A stretch of 64,000 bases of DNA, taken from Ginglymostoma cirratum. Taxonomy: Eukaryota. Below the pieces are notes generated by a model. It ran no database searches, had not been told where the DNA came from, and saw only the letters and a list, made by a program, of their open reading frames with translations. The stretch covers positions 16,558,251 through 16,622,250 of the forward strand of contig JAHRHZ010000013.1 of the NCBI GenBank assembly GCA_024137785.1, in the 5' to 3' direction. Below, one piece after another: positions 11,611-24,479 of this stretch (positions within the stretch are counted from its first letter, which is position 1; each line of letters begins with the position of its first letter). The position numbers were made by a program, and so were the translations under genes.

Positions 11611-14329
11611 TCTTTCTTCTTGACAGTTGAAGCCCACATCCCCCACCTCAGTCCCCCGTTTCAGTCATCAATTAAAAATATAGAGAATTAAACATACGGC
11701 TTTTGCTATTAAGACTAAAACTTTGCTGTCAGTTATTTTTAAAATTGGAACACTGGAAAAACTAAGGCCAAACAAGCTTCGCTCTGAGGACACGCCTATT
11801 ATGTTCACGACGCCATATTGACTCCTGAGATTCCTCCATTTCAGGCCCATCACAAATTCAGGTCCTCTCTTTAAAGACCCATGATTTTCGATTTTGTACC
11901 ACCATCCCAAGTCAGTCACAGCTCTCCTTAGCTGTGTTCAAGTGGCACCAGTGAACAGGGTTACGTGTGATGTGCCAGTAAACTTAATGTGATTGATACA
12001 GAAAACATTTTCATAAAAAGGCAACAATCCCTTTGGGTGAAGATATCACTCTGGTCCATTTCAAAAGGGTTGGGAACCCTGCGTTCAGTACAACTCTCCA
12101 CCTTTCTAAAATGGGCAGTTCTTTCTCTAGCATTCATAACAGCACAGAACTGTTTTAGCTTGGAACATAGGCAAGCAAGTACTCAATTCCAAAGACAGAG
12201 TGTTATTTTTGCCAATACAGATATTAGGTAAAGAGATCTTTATTACAAAAAAATCAATACTTTCATCTGTTGCTGCCTCATATTTATCTCTGTTTTGTGT
12301 TTTAAGTTGCAAATGGATGGGTGATTCATTGAAGGGTGTCTCTAGTTCAAAATCCAGGTTTCGTGGTGCAGTCTGTACCACAACAATGCAAGTTATTCGG
12401 ACTTTTTTGCAGATTTACTTCTTGTTTCGGCAGTGTTCATCTGTACAAATTTCCTCTGCGTTGTTCAAAGTTACAGTTTCACATGTTAGATGTAATATGG
12501 GTCCAAAATTCCATATTAGAAGAACTTCATCTCTTAGGTCAAAGGTGGTTGATTCAAGTTCTAAGCTTTACCCCTGGGAAAAATGTCCACTACCATTTTT
12601 TTTGGCTAAATGAAAGCTACATTCTGGTAACAGATAAAAAAAAGCACCACAATGTGAGGAATATTTATTGCTTTAGAGACTAGGCCTGCTCAAGACGCTG
12701 CACTCAAACAGAGACTTTGAAAATAATTCACATTGTGCCAAAAACAGGCTACTTTGCCCCAGAGTTATAACGAGCAGTCCTTCCCCTACGATCCACCGAA
12801 ACTTCACAAGGAATCAATTGGAAGAGAAACAGATACAAGACAGATAAAGGGATAATAAATAAACAGCTAACAAGCTAAAAAAAACCTGTACTTATTTCTC
12901 CTCAAAGCCACTAAAAATTGGATGGCCATTTTGAATAAAAGCAACTGTTGGGAGTAGGTCCCAATTTTCCAAAACCGGAGAATATAATTACATGTCACTC
13001 AACTTAATGAAGGCATGAGGAGAAATGACACAAGAGCCTGTCCCAATGACAGCAGGATAAAACAGAACCTCAAAGGCTGGACAAGTACTATACGGTGTAC
13101 TGAGTCCCTCGACCGTAATAAATCTTCATTAGTAACTAGTTGATAATTACTGGGTCAGTGTAAGGCGGAGTGGAATGCTATCACTCAGCGGTAATAGCAC
13201 AGCGATACGGCCTCTTACCACTGCACTTTGCCACACAGTCCCATCATCAAACTCCAACCTCAACTGGTCACCATGTCCAGGATGTCATACAGATTTCTTT
13301 CTTACAAACTATTAAAATTACTTCTACTGAAATTGTGACAGATGATGACACAGGAAGAACTTGCCAGCAAACATTTCTGGGTGTGATGGTACGCACAAAC
13401 CAAACAGGCAGTAAGGTCAGTAACTAATACAGGATTCAAATTGTTTTACTGACTTTTACAGCATTTCGGGGTAAGTTAATTCATTCTGAACGCAGTTAGG
13501 AAAATTCAAGTCAATTTCTTCCCACAATGTTATAAAACATTTAACTGAATGCAGTTTGTCTTAAATAAGTAGATAGGAGAAGTTCAAACTACAGTCAACG
13601 CTGGCAAAACCTGACAATTTACTCATGTTTAGATACAGCATGGTTTGTATTTTTGTTTGTTCTCCACATGAAATGTAAACCGATACCAGAGTTTCATTCT
13701 TGCTCTGAGGATGACAATAACACTATTTTTGAATGTGAAATATAAACTGATACCAGAGTTTTATTGTTTGTGTGATAATGATGATGGCACTATTTTTGCA
13801 GTGGTGCAAACGAACTGTCACAACTTACTCGTCTCTCTTGTATCTCTGATTAATGATATGACACAACTGAAAAAAAACTCTTGGTCAGATCGACAAGTTA
13901 AATTGCAAGGATGCCCTTATAATCTCCTTATCAAGTGGACTGTTTGTTAAATCATGGAATATCTGCATCGCTGTAGAATATGTGTACCTCAGATTATAGT
14001 ACTGATGTTGTCTTTTGTTCTCTGTCCAAAGGCAGGTCTGACACAGCGCTGTGAATTCCACCACAGGAGAGGCTGGGAGGCTGATCCCAAATGCACACCA
14101 GCCAGAATGGAGATTAATCATTGTAGTGTATATCAACCACCTCACCCAGACCAGCTTCCCAGCCAACTGAGTCATACAGCCCTCAGAGGAGACCACACTG
14201 AGGTGGCAACATGCACTTTTACAAACGTGCAGTAGTCCTGGAGCAATGAATAGTGAGGGCAGAGGCTTAAATTTTCTTTCCAACACATGACTGACCTGGA
14301 ATCTCTCCCACTCTTACCACCAACCATTG

Positions 14330-14462
14330 GTATGTGCTAAATGTATTTACATGTTTGTCCGTGGTATGAGCACCTTCCTGGGTCAGCAAGTCTTTGGACA
14401 AGGCTTGAACCCAAATCATCTGTCACAGAGACAAGGATTTGAAGCGCTGCACCAAAGCACTT
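14330..14462 (-). mobile_element. Old tRNA-headed SINE fragment
   Basis: Minus strand has a tggtgcagcg A-box-like motif and a gggttcaagcc B-box. The 3' extent is unclear. Confidence 0.4.
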
Positions 14463-14629
14463 CCACACAACAGTAACTACACATTAAGAATATTTCAGTG
14501 CCATAATGCACTTTAGAACCTTTGGTGATCATAAAAGGAATGGTATAAATGTCACTTTTTTCCTTCTTTTAATCTTAATAAATTCTCTAGTAATCATAAA
14601 CAGTTAGCAATGAAAGTGTATTCATCATT

Positions 14630-14822
14630 AAAAACTGAAAGAACTGCAGATGCTGTAAATCAGGCACAAAAACTTAAGTTGCTGGAAAAGCTCAGCAGGT
14701 CTGGCAGCGTCTGTGAAGAAAAAAAAACATCTGAGGAAGGTTCAGCAGACCCGAAATGTAACTCCGATTTTTTTTCACAAATGCTGCCAGACCTGCTGAG
14801 CTTTTCCAGAGACTTCTGTTTT
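14630..14822. mobile_element. Palindromic Penelope-like mini-element with 13-bp TSD
   Basis: Inverted arms ctggaaaagctcagcaggtctggcagc / gctgccagacctgctgagcttttccag surround ctgaggaaggttcagcagacccgaaatg. tgtattcatcatt at 14617-14629 and 14823-14835. Confidence 0.85.
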
Positions 14823-15125
14823 TGTATTCATCATTTATGCTTCCTGCTGTATTACATGAATTCTTTCAGAAAAATACAATTTTCTGCCAGTTCTCCAATA
14901 TCTTGAGGGTGAATTGGGATGCCAACTTGCATGTTCTTTGCTCATTTGAATGACTGCTCCATACAGTCCGCAACAATTGGGCTACCCATTGGCTGTACAC
15001 ATTAGCAGGGGGGCAAAGGACATGACTTACCTGTTCCACTAAATACTAGCCTGCATTGCTTAAAGCTAGTTTCCATCTACTGGCAGCCAGGCAACATGTG
15101 ATTCTTGTCTAGGAAACAGTGAATA

Positions 15126-15900
15126 ATGGCACAACATGGGTGATGCCAGACCCCAAGGATTACAAATATTGACACAGATCAAAGAGATAAAGAAAAGGAG
15201 CATTGTCCTGTATTCACAGGGGATCAGGAAATCCTCCTGACATGCTCAGAAGACAGTGAGACCAGATAACTACAGAAGTCAATGCAAAAGTGTTAGGGTT
15301 AGAGTTAAAGTTAAGGGTAGGGTTAGGATTAGCATTAGGGTTAGGGTTGGGGTTAGTGTCAGGGCTAGGGTTAGGATTAGGATTATGGTTACGATTAGAG
15401 TCAGGGTCAGGGTTAGGGTTAGAGCTAGGATTAGGGTTAGAGTTAGAAAGGAATTACAGGAATCTCACCCTGAGAACCTGAAGGCAGAGCTCAGGGACCT
15501 CACACAAGAGATCAAGGTTAGTGAAAGCCTCTTCAATGTCTTTTCCTACCATCTTCACCACTAGCCTTAATCACTGCACAGTTCACCACAGCCCCATCAG
15601 TCAGCTACATACAACCTCTGTAAATCAGATTTAATTCCTGAAACATTCATATATTCCACTGAATCCTCACAAGCTTAGCACAGCTTCAAGCCTCAGGCAC
15701 ACAGTTGGCACACACTGGCTGGTACTCAGCCACAATAGTCACATCACCCAAAAAGAGTGAATAGCACTCAGTGACACATTTCCCTCACTCTTTCAGGAGG
15801 AGGTTCTCCACAAATGAAGACAACAGGAGCTAACCAGGTGGCTATATGCCCTAATCCTAATGAAGCAGATAGTAATGCACATTATGGGAAGGGCCATTTC
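15126..15900 (+). pseudogene. PIF/Harbinger Myb/SANT-like gene remnant (two exons)
   Basis: MAQHG..QTPR...EIKKRSIVLYSQG...MLRRQ*DQITTEVNAKS, then the repeat insert, then DLTQEIK|gttagt. Second exon after tttcag at ~15796 reads EEVLHK*RQQELT. Confidence 0.65.
15293..15446 (+). repeat. Degenerate interstitial telomere-like (TTAGGG)n array, about 25 units
   Basis: In-phase hexamers TTAGGG with variants TTAGAG, TTAGGA, TCAGGG and CTAGGG. Confidence 0.9.
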
Positions 15901-16829
15901 TGAGGTCGTAGCCACTGGAAACAATTAAAATGCTGAAACAAGAATATCCATGTATCTACTCATCCTCTATCATCCCACTTCTCCCTCATTCAAGATTCAC
16001 CTCTGGCCAACAAACCGCTGACTGTGCTTCCTCCTCATCTCAACTCAGACATACAATTTACTCTTTATTCTTTCAAATACCCAAAAACAGTATCTTCCCA
16101 AGCAGCGGAGAAACAGCAAGGAGATACTAAAGATAAGAAACACTGTCACTCAATTTCACAGTCACAACTTCAGACTTAGATGTTGACTCTGTGCATGCTA
16201 GAGGATAGGATTGGTGGGTTGGGGTATTTACAGTGAGACACTCACCACTGGCTTGCTTCATCTAATGCAGCAAGAGAAAGGATAGCTCATGCACTTGCTC
16301 ACCAAAGGGAGCGGCAGTGGTTCACTGGAGCATGAACCTGCTGTCTTTTTTCAAGCAGCCTGCCTTTGTCCTCCCATCACTGCCATTCTACCAATGCATA
16401 CGACGTTGTCTGTCAGCAGCGCTGCTGATTTCATGCCAAAACGGAGTAGCCAGCTCTGTTATACCCACTGCAGCTGGAAGGTATTCTCAAGGCCATCAGC
16501 AATCTTCACCACTGGAGGCAGATTTCTACCAACTGTGCTGTAGTCATTGGGTTTGCACTGACGGGCAGTATGATGCTCGGGAAGGCAAAGGTCTAGGATG
16601 AGAAGGTTTGAAAGAATTAGAATGTGATTGACATCATGACTATGATGGAACCAGAGATCATATGGTGAGGACTCTTTCATGGAGATGGACAAGTCTCAAG
16701 TACCTTGTGTGAATAGTTATTAGTTGGTAACAAAACAATTACTGGTTACAGTGTAGAATCCACAGCATATTTGCTAGTTAGATCAAGCTAATTATTAAGG
16801 GGACCAACCTTAATTCCAAACTTTACAAC

Positions 16830-18692
16830 ATGATGAGCAATGCAGCATCTGAAATACTTTGTTTTAGCTGCCATTTACAACCAGATAGCAATGGTGAACC
16901 CAGCTAAAGAAAGCTAATAACGACAGCAAGAACAAGTTTAAAGAAATAAAGTTTAAAAAAACACACAGCCAACTTAAAAGGAGACCCAATAAAAGATGCA
17001 AAGAAAGAAGTGCAGAAAACATAAGAAATCTACGTTCCAGAAAGGTCCCACTTCCAGACTGGAAGAAAACCAAATGAGAATTAATTTTGAAAGCCTGTAA
17101 AATGTCGTAGAATACTCAAGTTACTGTTTAAAAATATATTTTTTTTTGTATTTTTTTTTTATAAAATAAAAATTCCAAAATAGAGCTATGAGGCAGAACC
17201 AAGAGAATAAGACACACACTGACAACTTAGAATATTATTGGCATAATGATGATAGTTTAGTATTCTGCAAAGAATGACCATTTAGAACACTGCTAGGCAC
17301 AAAGGAGAAAAGGTTGTTCATTCAGAAGTTAAGTAAAGCTTTTAAGAAGCTCACAGCATTTTGAATACAAAAGAACGTCTGACAGTAAAAAATTTGAATA
17401 AAAAATTCTAGAGTCAGAACAAGGCTCAATAAAATGAAAGAAAATTACATTATTAAAAATCAGTTTAAAGAAAGAACTAGCAACTGAGCAACTTTAGAAA
17501 AGAAAATGAATTTAAAAGTTTCTCTGCCAGGAAGATTTGAACATACCATTCAAATATGACACAAGATTGGTCATTTATCAAGAATGATGTTCTTAGATAT
17601 ACGTCTGCTTCAAGATGAAACAACAAATCTGAAATGCAAAAAGTTAACAGACTTCTTCATTATGTTAGACTGCTATCATCTAGCAGATGATGTGATTGCA
17701 GAGCATGGAATTAAGGAATGAAAACGCAGTCAGATTTGAAGAAATTTTAAAATTTCAGAAGTTCACATACTTCAACCTCAAAACAAATAAGGTTTTGGAG
17801 AAAGCCAGTTTTAATAGGAGAATTCAGCACCCAGGCAAATCAATTGAAAATGTTATGAATTATTTCTATAGATTAGTTGAGGGCTGCAATGACGGAGATT
17901 TGAAAATAGAATTGGCTATACACTGTGTCATTGTTGAAATAGCTGATGGATCTCTATCAGATTTATTTCACTCAAACGAAGACCTCACTCTGGATAAAAA
18001 TACTGACATAATCAGAGGTTTGAAAGCAAAGCACAGAAATCCTCAGAGGTGAGTGAAAACAGGAGTGCAATCAACCCCAGCATCAATACAATTCTAAAAA
18101 CACTGTAAAACGTAACATATAAAGGAAACCATCACTGAAAAGGAAAATGCAAGATACCAGAAAACCTTGTCTGCACTGTGGCACACAAAATCCTCACAGA
18201 TGAGTCCAGCAAATAAAACAGAAAGTGTCCAATGTTAAAAAATTAGTCACTTTCAAAAAAAATGCCAAAAATCCAACTTTCAAACAATAGTTAAAGGTAC
18301 CGTCTTTAACCACAATGCTATCTATGAAGTGCAGCAATCTCCAGTGAACTACAAGCTGAAGATCACCCTTGGGGAGATGAAGACCTAACAATACATTCTG
18401 GACCACGGGGCATTTACCAAATGGACTTGAAGTGGTTTCAGGTCAGAGACAGAGTAATTGTAGCCACATTGTCAAACAAGCAAAAAACATTGTTTACAAC
18501 CAACAGAAACTCAATTATACAGACCAGATGAAATCCAATTAAAAGGTGAAAGAAGGCTACAAGCATCACTCCAGTATAAAGGAAAACAAATAAAGGGAAC
18601 ACTCTACTTATATAATCAAGAGTTTTCTCTGTTAAACAGAACAGCATGTATTGACCTCAATCTCATTAGGAAAGTGGAAGAAGTCAAACAAT
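16830..18692 (+). mobile_element. Gypsy LTR retrotransposon remnant (gag to protease)
   Basis: ORF 17696-18052 (NKVLEKASFNRRIQHPGKSIE...DLTLDK) matches the Gypsy gag pattern ERA.FN.R.Q..GES...DLTL.K. Decayed CCHC knuckles at ~18165-18270. The 5' boundary is uncertain. Confidence 0.8.
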
Positions 18693-18706
18693 TGGCTAAA
18701 TCTCAT

Positions 18707-18818
18707 ATAACAAGGTGTAGAGCTAGATGAACACAGCAGGCCAAGCAGCATCAGAGGAGCAGGAAAGCTGACGTTTCGGGCCTAGACCCTTCTTCAGAAA
18801 AAAGATTCCTACTATCTC
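18707..18818 (-). mobile_element. Penelope-like terminal fragment with 14-bp TSD
   Basis: tggctaaatctcat at 18693-18706 and 18819-18832. Inverted arm followed by a short direct tail ttcctactatctc. Confidence 0.85.
18770..18797 (-). ncRNA. Minimal type-I hammerhead ribozyme motif
   Basis: Minus strand reads CUGAAGA-A-GGGU(CUAG)GCCC-GAAAC-GUC. Confidence 0.65.
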
Positions 18819-20467
18819 TGGCTAAATCTCATGATTCCTTTTGGCTAAGTGCCAGTTGCATTAGGTTTTATGGAGGGTTTTTTGCCAAGATTCACCTTAC
18901 CAAACTCAAGTCATTAGCTACTTACCCCAGCCCTGTGGTATACCGCCCGCCCAATTTAATAATTAATGAATCACAAAAAAATCTGCAGGAATGCACAATT
19001 CTTAAACTTTGATTTCTAAGACTGCAATCCTATGAGTAGAGCAGTCCTCACATAATGACATTTATCTACCCTGAGATTTGCCCTGTTCAAGGATCATAGA
19101 AGGAAGGATTGCACTATCTAAAACCAGGTTGAGATTCAGACTACATCACTAATCAAATTTTCAAATGTGGAAGAGACATTGTGAAAGTATACCACCCATG
19201 TAAGCAGTCCACTAAGATGATTAAGTTATTGCGTGGATAAAAAGTGCTTGGTGTTCCTATACAGTAATATCAGGCAGTCAATCTTTCTCATGAGAAATCA
19301 AATTACCGCTGCTTAAAATGTTCTAAAAGCCTTACCTCACTTTATATGATCAAGCTTAATCATCGCCCATCAATTCACAAAAAATTGCTGATACTCCAGT
19401 TTATTATTTTTCTTTGCATTCTACTTAAAATATAACTAAGATACAGATTTTATTTTTCTTTAAAGATTCCCATTTCAAACTAATTGGAAGATCAATTTAG
19501 ACAAGGCTGTGTCAACCTTTTGTGTAACCATACAGAGAGGAAAGATAATGGTATTTTTTAAAACGTCTTTTACTATTCCTCCCCTCACAATAAACCTAGA
19601 ATTGGATGAAACATACCCAGCTTAAATGAACTGAACATGTAAAGGATAAATCTGTAAAGTGCCAGTCTCCAAGACCTACGGGCTGTGTTCTGATAATTCT
19701 TCTGAGCTGTGCTTCCTGCAAATGCCACTCACCACTTGCAGTCCTGGATCACAGAATCACTTCTCCAAAACTAACGTCTTGGCAGCAGAGACAGGATCAA
19801 ACAGCTAGTTGTCTACTTGGCAAATTACTTGGGCACAACCCAAGGATAGACTGATATGAAGCAAAACAGTAGAACATTATTTGAATAAGACTGTGTTCTG
19901 GTGGGAACAAATGGAACATAGGTATGTGGATGCAAAGACTTCTTTGGAACACTGACCTACAATGTAATTCAGAGAACACAATGCATTTCTTAAATAATTG
20001 GTTTGTTGTTTAACATTTTGATAATACGAATAATTTGATAAGTATCAATTTTACACTCCATGGCTGATGACATGATATTTACATCTGACAGCTTTTACTA
20101 CAAAATGGCAAATTATTTTTGAAATGACAAGTAAAAGGCCATAAGGTTGATTTTCCCCTTTGCTCTACGCTTGGGAAATACATACTTGTCAAAATCTGCA
20201 TAGAGGAGAAGGAAACAGAGCCTATTACATAAGGTCTCCATCGCCACAATGTAGCCACAGGATTTACTGGAAAACTCTAATTTGACCTCGTGGTGCCTGC
20301 ACCCACATTAAGTTCAGGCCAAAGTAAATGTCGTTAGCTTTATGAATACACAAGGCAGCCACAAACACTATCACTGAAGCCTTCTTAGTCTGGAGGATCT
20401 GACGCGTAATAAGGGCGAATCCAGATATGGCCCATTTGTAGCCAATAGAAAGTTGTCTTTTCTACTT

Positions 20468-21008
20468 CTAGAATACTGCGTTCAATTCTGGTCTCCCTGC
20501 TATAGGAGGCAGGTTGTAAAACTTGAAAGAGTTCAGAAAAGATTTACAAGTATGTTGCCATGGTTGGAAGGTTTGTGCTATAAGGACAGACTGAACAGGC
20601 TGGGGCTATTTTCCCTGGAGTGTTGAAAGTTGAGGAGTGACCTTATAGAAGTTTGTAAAATCATGAGGGGCATGGATAGGATGAATAGCCAAGGGTAGGG
20701 GAGTCCAAAACTAGAGGACACATGTTTAAGGTGAGAGGGAAAAGATTTAAAATGTTGTCGGAACTAAGGGGCAACTTTTCCACACAGAGGGTGGAGCGTG
20801 TACAGAATGAGCTGCCAGAGGAAGTGGTGGAGGCTAGCACACTTACAATATTTAAAAAGCATCTGGATGGGTACATGAATAGGAAGAATTTAGAGGGATA
20901 TTGGCCAAATGCTGGCAAATGGGACTAGATTAACTTAGGATATCTGGTTGGCATGGACGAGTTGGACTGAAAGGTCTGTTTTCATGTTTACATCCCCTCT
21001 ATGACTCT
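20468..21008 (+). mobile_element. CR1 (HER1-like) LINE 3' fragment
   Basis: EYCVQFWSP...LERVQKRFT.MLP...FKVRGKRF...NELPEEVVEA...GKWD followed by the 3' UTR. Confidence 0.92.
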
Positions 21009-23072
21009 GCCACAATATTTGGGTAACTCTGTGTATTGTTCAAATCTACTGGCCCAGCATGGGCGTGCAAAGTAAAATCACTCTTCAGTTGTATTACAAA
21101 TGATTCACAAACCAAACAATCACACAATGTGGAATATTCTGTTGTCAAGCGCAGCACAAAACTAGAGAAGCAACTGTCTGCATGGATCCATGGTAATGGG
21201 GCATCTCGTTGGCATTTGCTGACTGTTGTCAATGCAACTGAGACAACATTACTACTAGTATCATTCGTGGTCCAGTAATCCTGTCACCATATCACTGTGA
21301 TTGTGGCTGACATCCTTTAATGCATCTGCCCAAATGCCTGGAAGTGTGCCACTGCCTCAACAATAAACTATCATATCCTCAGGCATGAAAAGAATCATTG
21401 TGGGGACTCTTCAATTTTAGCATAGTAGCTTCATTAGTTAGAAAGAGACAGACTCCAAGGAACTTAGCATGGCATATCAAGCAATCTGCCATATGCCACA
21501 ACATTCCATAAAAATGCAATGTTAGACACAAACGGTGTACATCCCACAACAGAACCAAATAAATACTACTACTGGTGATTCTGAGACAATGTGTCCACAC
21601 TACATCATTAACAAAAGCTGGATCACAGAGAGATTTTACTGTTTTAAATGGTTCAGGGACATTAGTGTTAAAGGTAAGAGTGTCATTGCCTTAGTCTCCC
21701 ACTTAATTCATCCAGGACGCCTGGTGCTATCACATGTGACAACTTAGCAGCTTCCTGTGAGTGCTGCATAATCACTGGAACCTAACTGTTTGCAATGGAG
21801 AAACAGCTACCCAGAATTAGCTTCCACGGGCTAACTGAAAATGTCAGTTTTTTTGATCACATCCATAGGCTCATTTTATACATTTGCACTCAAGTTTAAA
21901 TTATACTGGTAATTTGACAGAATTGTGTGATTTCACATTTCATATCAAGCTGAAGTCAGACAAGTAAAAGAGCATTCAAGAGGTCACGTCAGTATTGTCA
22001 TCTAAAGACAAATGCAGCATTTAGCACTGATCAAAGAACTTCATTTCAATAATGAATCAAACCACTGCACGCTAAGGTGATGAGATAAATGAACTGATCA
22101 AAGATTACACAGGTAATAACCTCATTAAAAATAAAGCGAGATGAAGAGGAGAATATTTTCACTGAATTTTAATGTCGACAAAATCTCCAAAATTTTGATA
22201 TACATGAGGCTTAATTTGAGCAACTATTCAATGCTGGGACTATCCGGCACTGAGAAATGTGTAGAACAATCTGGGGACCTCAGAATCACAAATCTTCTCT
22301 TGAGATGACTGAAGCAGCGTATTCATTACTACAGCAAGTTGGTGAAAAACAAGCCAAGAACACTGATTCCAACTGCCACTGATGAACTATTCACTCAATC
22401 AATGAATGACAGTAAGATAAAGCCAGATATTTTTCACTGAGGTTGTGGAATCACCCTGTGAGAGGGTCGTTTGTGCCTGGAAGGAGGCATGAGAATGGGT
22501 AGCAGTTCTCATGAAGTTTTGGGGTGAAGAGAACTATTTTGGGCCTGCATCATTCAATTTACAATCATCCTTTCAAGTTAAATTTAGACGCTAGCTGTTG
22601 AATGCCAAGACACCATTTCCACATGGAAATAGGATTCACTTAAAGGGACAGCTGGAAGCTGCTCCAAAACTATCCTTAACAATTTGGGGATGTGGGGAGC
22701 ATTTTTTTGTAGGGTAGAGGAGCAAAAAAGTTCTTCTGGGTTCCAAAATTGCAACTCACCCCCATGTGAGCTCCCAAGAGAACGGCCTCCATTCATTTAC
22801 TGATCAGCTCTTCACAGAACTCAGACAATTATTAACTTTCCAAAGCTGCCAGGCATTGATGCCAGCTTGATATCTGCCACACTCTGGTTTAAATTCAATC
22901 AGGCCTAATGGAGTTGGCACTAACAATGCCACAACTCTTCTGGGCTGCAATTAAAAATTATCCTTCAAAAATACAACAAAAACATTAAATTAATATATTT
23001 TTAGTGAGTATATCTAATCAAATCCAAGAACAAAAAGGATATACGCGAGTACCTATCTTGGAAAAACATCCC

Positions 23073-23262
23073 AGATGTGCCCTGTAGGTTGCGTAAGTGT
23101 GTGCTTCTGCAGCAACTGGGAAAGGCCCATGCAAAGAATCAAGATGGTGTGCACAATCAAGATTCCCTTTAAAAACCGTTCATGCACAACATCGACCTTA
23201 AAGTGAGCACACAGTGCAACAAGCCACCTCTGCACAACAGACAGACATTCGAGGGCACATTG
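23073..23262. mobile_element. MITE with CAATGT(T/G)CCCTCTAA-type terminal inverted repeats
   Basis: Left end atgtgccctgtag, right end tcgagggcacattg. Related ends at 52041-52168 and 61618. Confidence 0.55.
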
Positions 23263-24479
23263 AGTATCAACACTGATTATTTTAACACATTTAGTAGACA
23301 CACAGTCGATAACTTATACGATAAAGCCCAAACATGCTTTAGTTGTGGTCCGCTAGATCTTATAATCAGTCATGCCTAATAGGTGTGTGCAAAAGTGAGC
23401 AAAGTTATTGAAAAAAAACATGTTTTTAACACTTATTTATTAATGGAAATTAGAGGTTAATCAAAATGGATCTTGACGATTGTGTAGCATTTCAAAGCTA
23501 TTTCTAAACTTGATTTTTCTCCATTTGTTCACCTTACCCAGGTGACTTCAGTTGCTGAGGAATTGTTGGGACCAGTGGGATTAAGAATAAATTGTTTCAT
23601 TACAGACACTTTAAAGGAACAAAATTGCCACTGTAGGTGACTGCAATACCAATATACACCCATTTACCAGTATATGTACAGATGGCTTCATTGGCCAGAA
23701 CTGCAATGCAATTGGGCTACAATTTGCAAGGAAGGCCTTGGCAGATTTACTGCACAATTTAGGATGGCCTGCAGCCAAACTGTTCCCCAAAATAATGTTT
23801 CTAGGGTTACGACCATTTTTGAATTTAATGATAACATCAGACTATAGACAGGGACATCAAAAACATAGGATAATCTGTTATCCCTGGGTACAACCGATCA
23901 GTTCACTGCTTGCTGGGGTAAGCAGCTTCATCACATTTCCACACATTGCAAACAGCAACATATGAGGGCTGGACAATTTCAAACAGTGGTCACATTCTGA
24001 AAGCTTTGTGGAATGACAGGTCACAATTCAGTAGCCCATTATGTTATACCATGAAAACATGGGTTCAAAGATTGGTCAATTTAGTTTGAATCCAACAGCA
24101 ATAGAGGAACTTTTATGGGAGAAAGACAAAAGAGCACATCAGCAGGAAATTATATAAAGATACAAGAAATTTACAGTAATAACAATAGGACACTTCCAAA
24201 TGACCTGACAGAGATTGAGAAAATAGAAGCATAAAGGACAAAGAGGGGAAATATTTCCGAATTATGTACAAGACAGCAGTATGTTCCCAGGTAAATAAAG
24301 ATGTGGTTCTATGGAGTGAAGTGAAGTATTCTTCATGGGAGAGCTTTTCGGATTCAATGATTGCAATTTAGAATATTTCCAAAAAAAAAAGAGAATTAAG
24401 ATTAAAATATAGATGAAAAAGTGTGCCCGTAACAGGTGTAGGTAGAAAAGTTATCACAAGAAAAGTTCAAAATTGATAA

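Noticed and set aside
12127-12683. Overlapping 84-137 aa ORFs
   Set aside because: No recognisable motifs, non-ATG starts and no convincing splice sites.
15025-15110. Strong minus-strand donor CAG|gtaagt as a host exon
   Set aside because: It lies immediately upstream of the Harbinger Myb remnant and is more likely part of that transposon.
15256-15564. ORFs with RVRV and LGLG repeats
   Set aside because: They are translation artefacts of the TTAGGG-like array.
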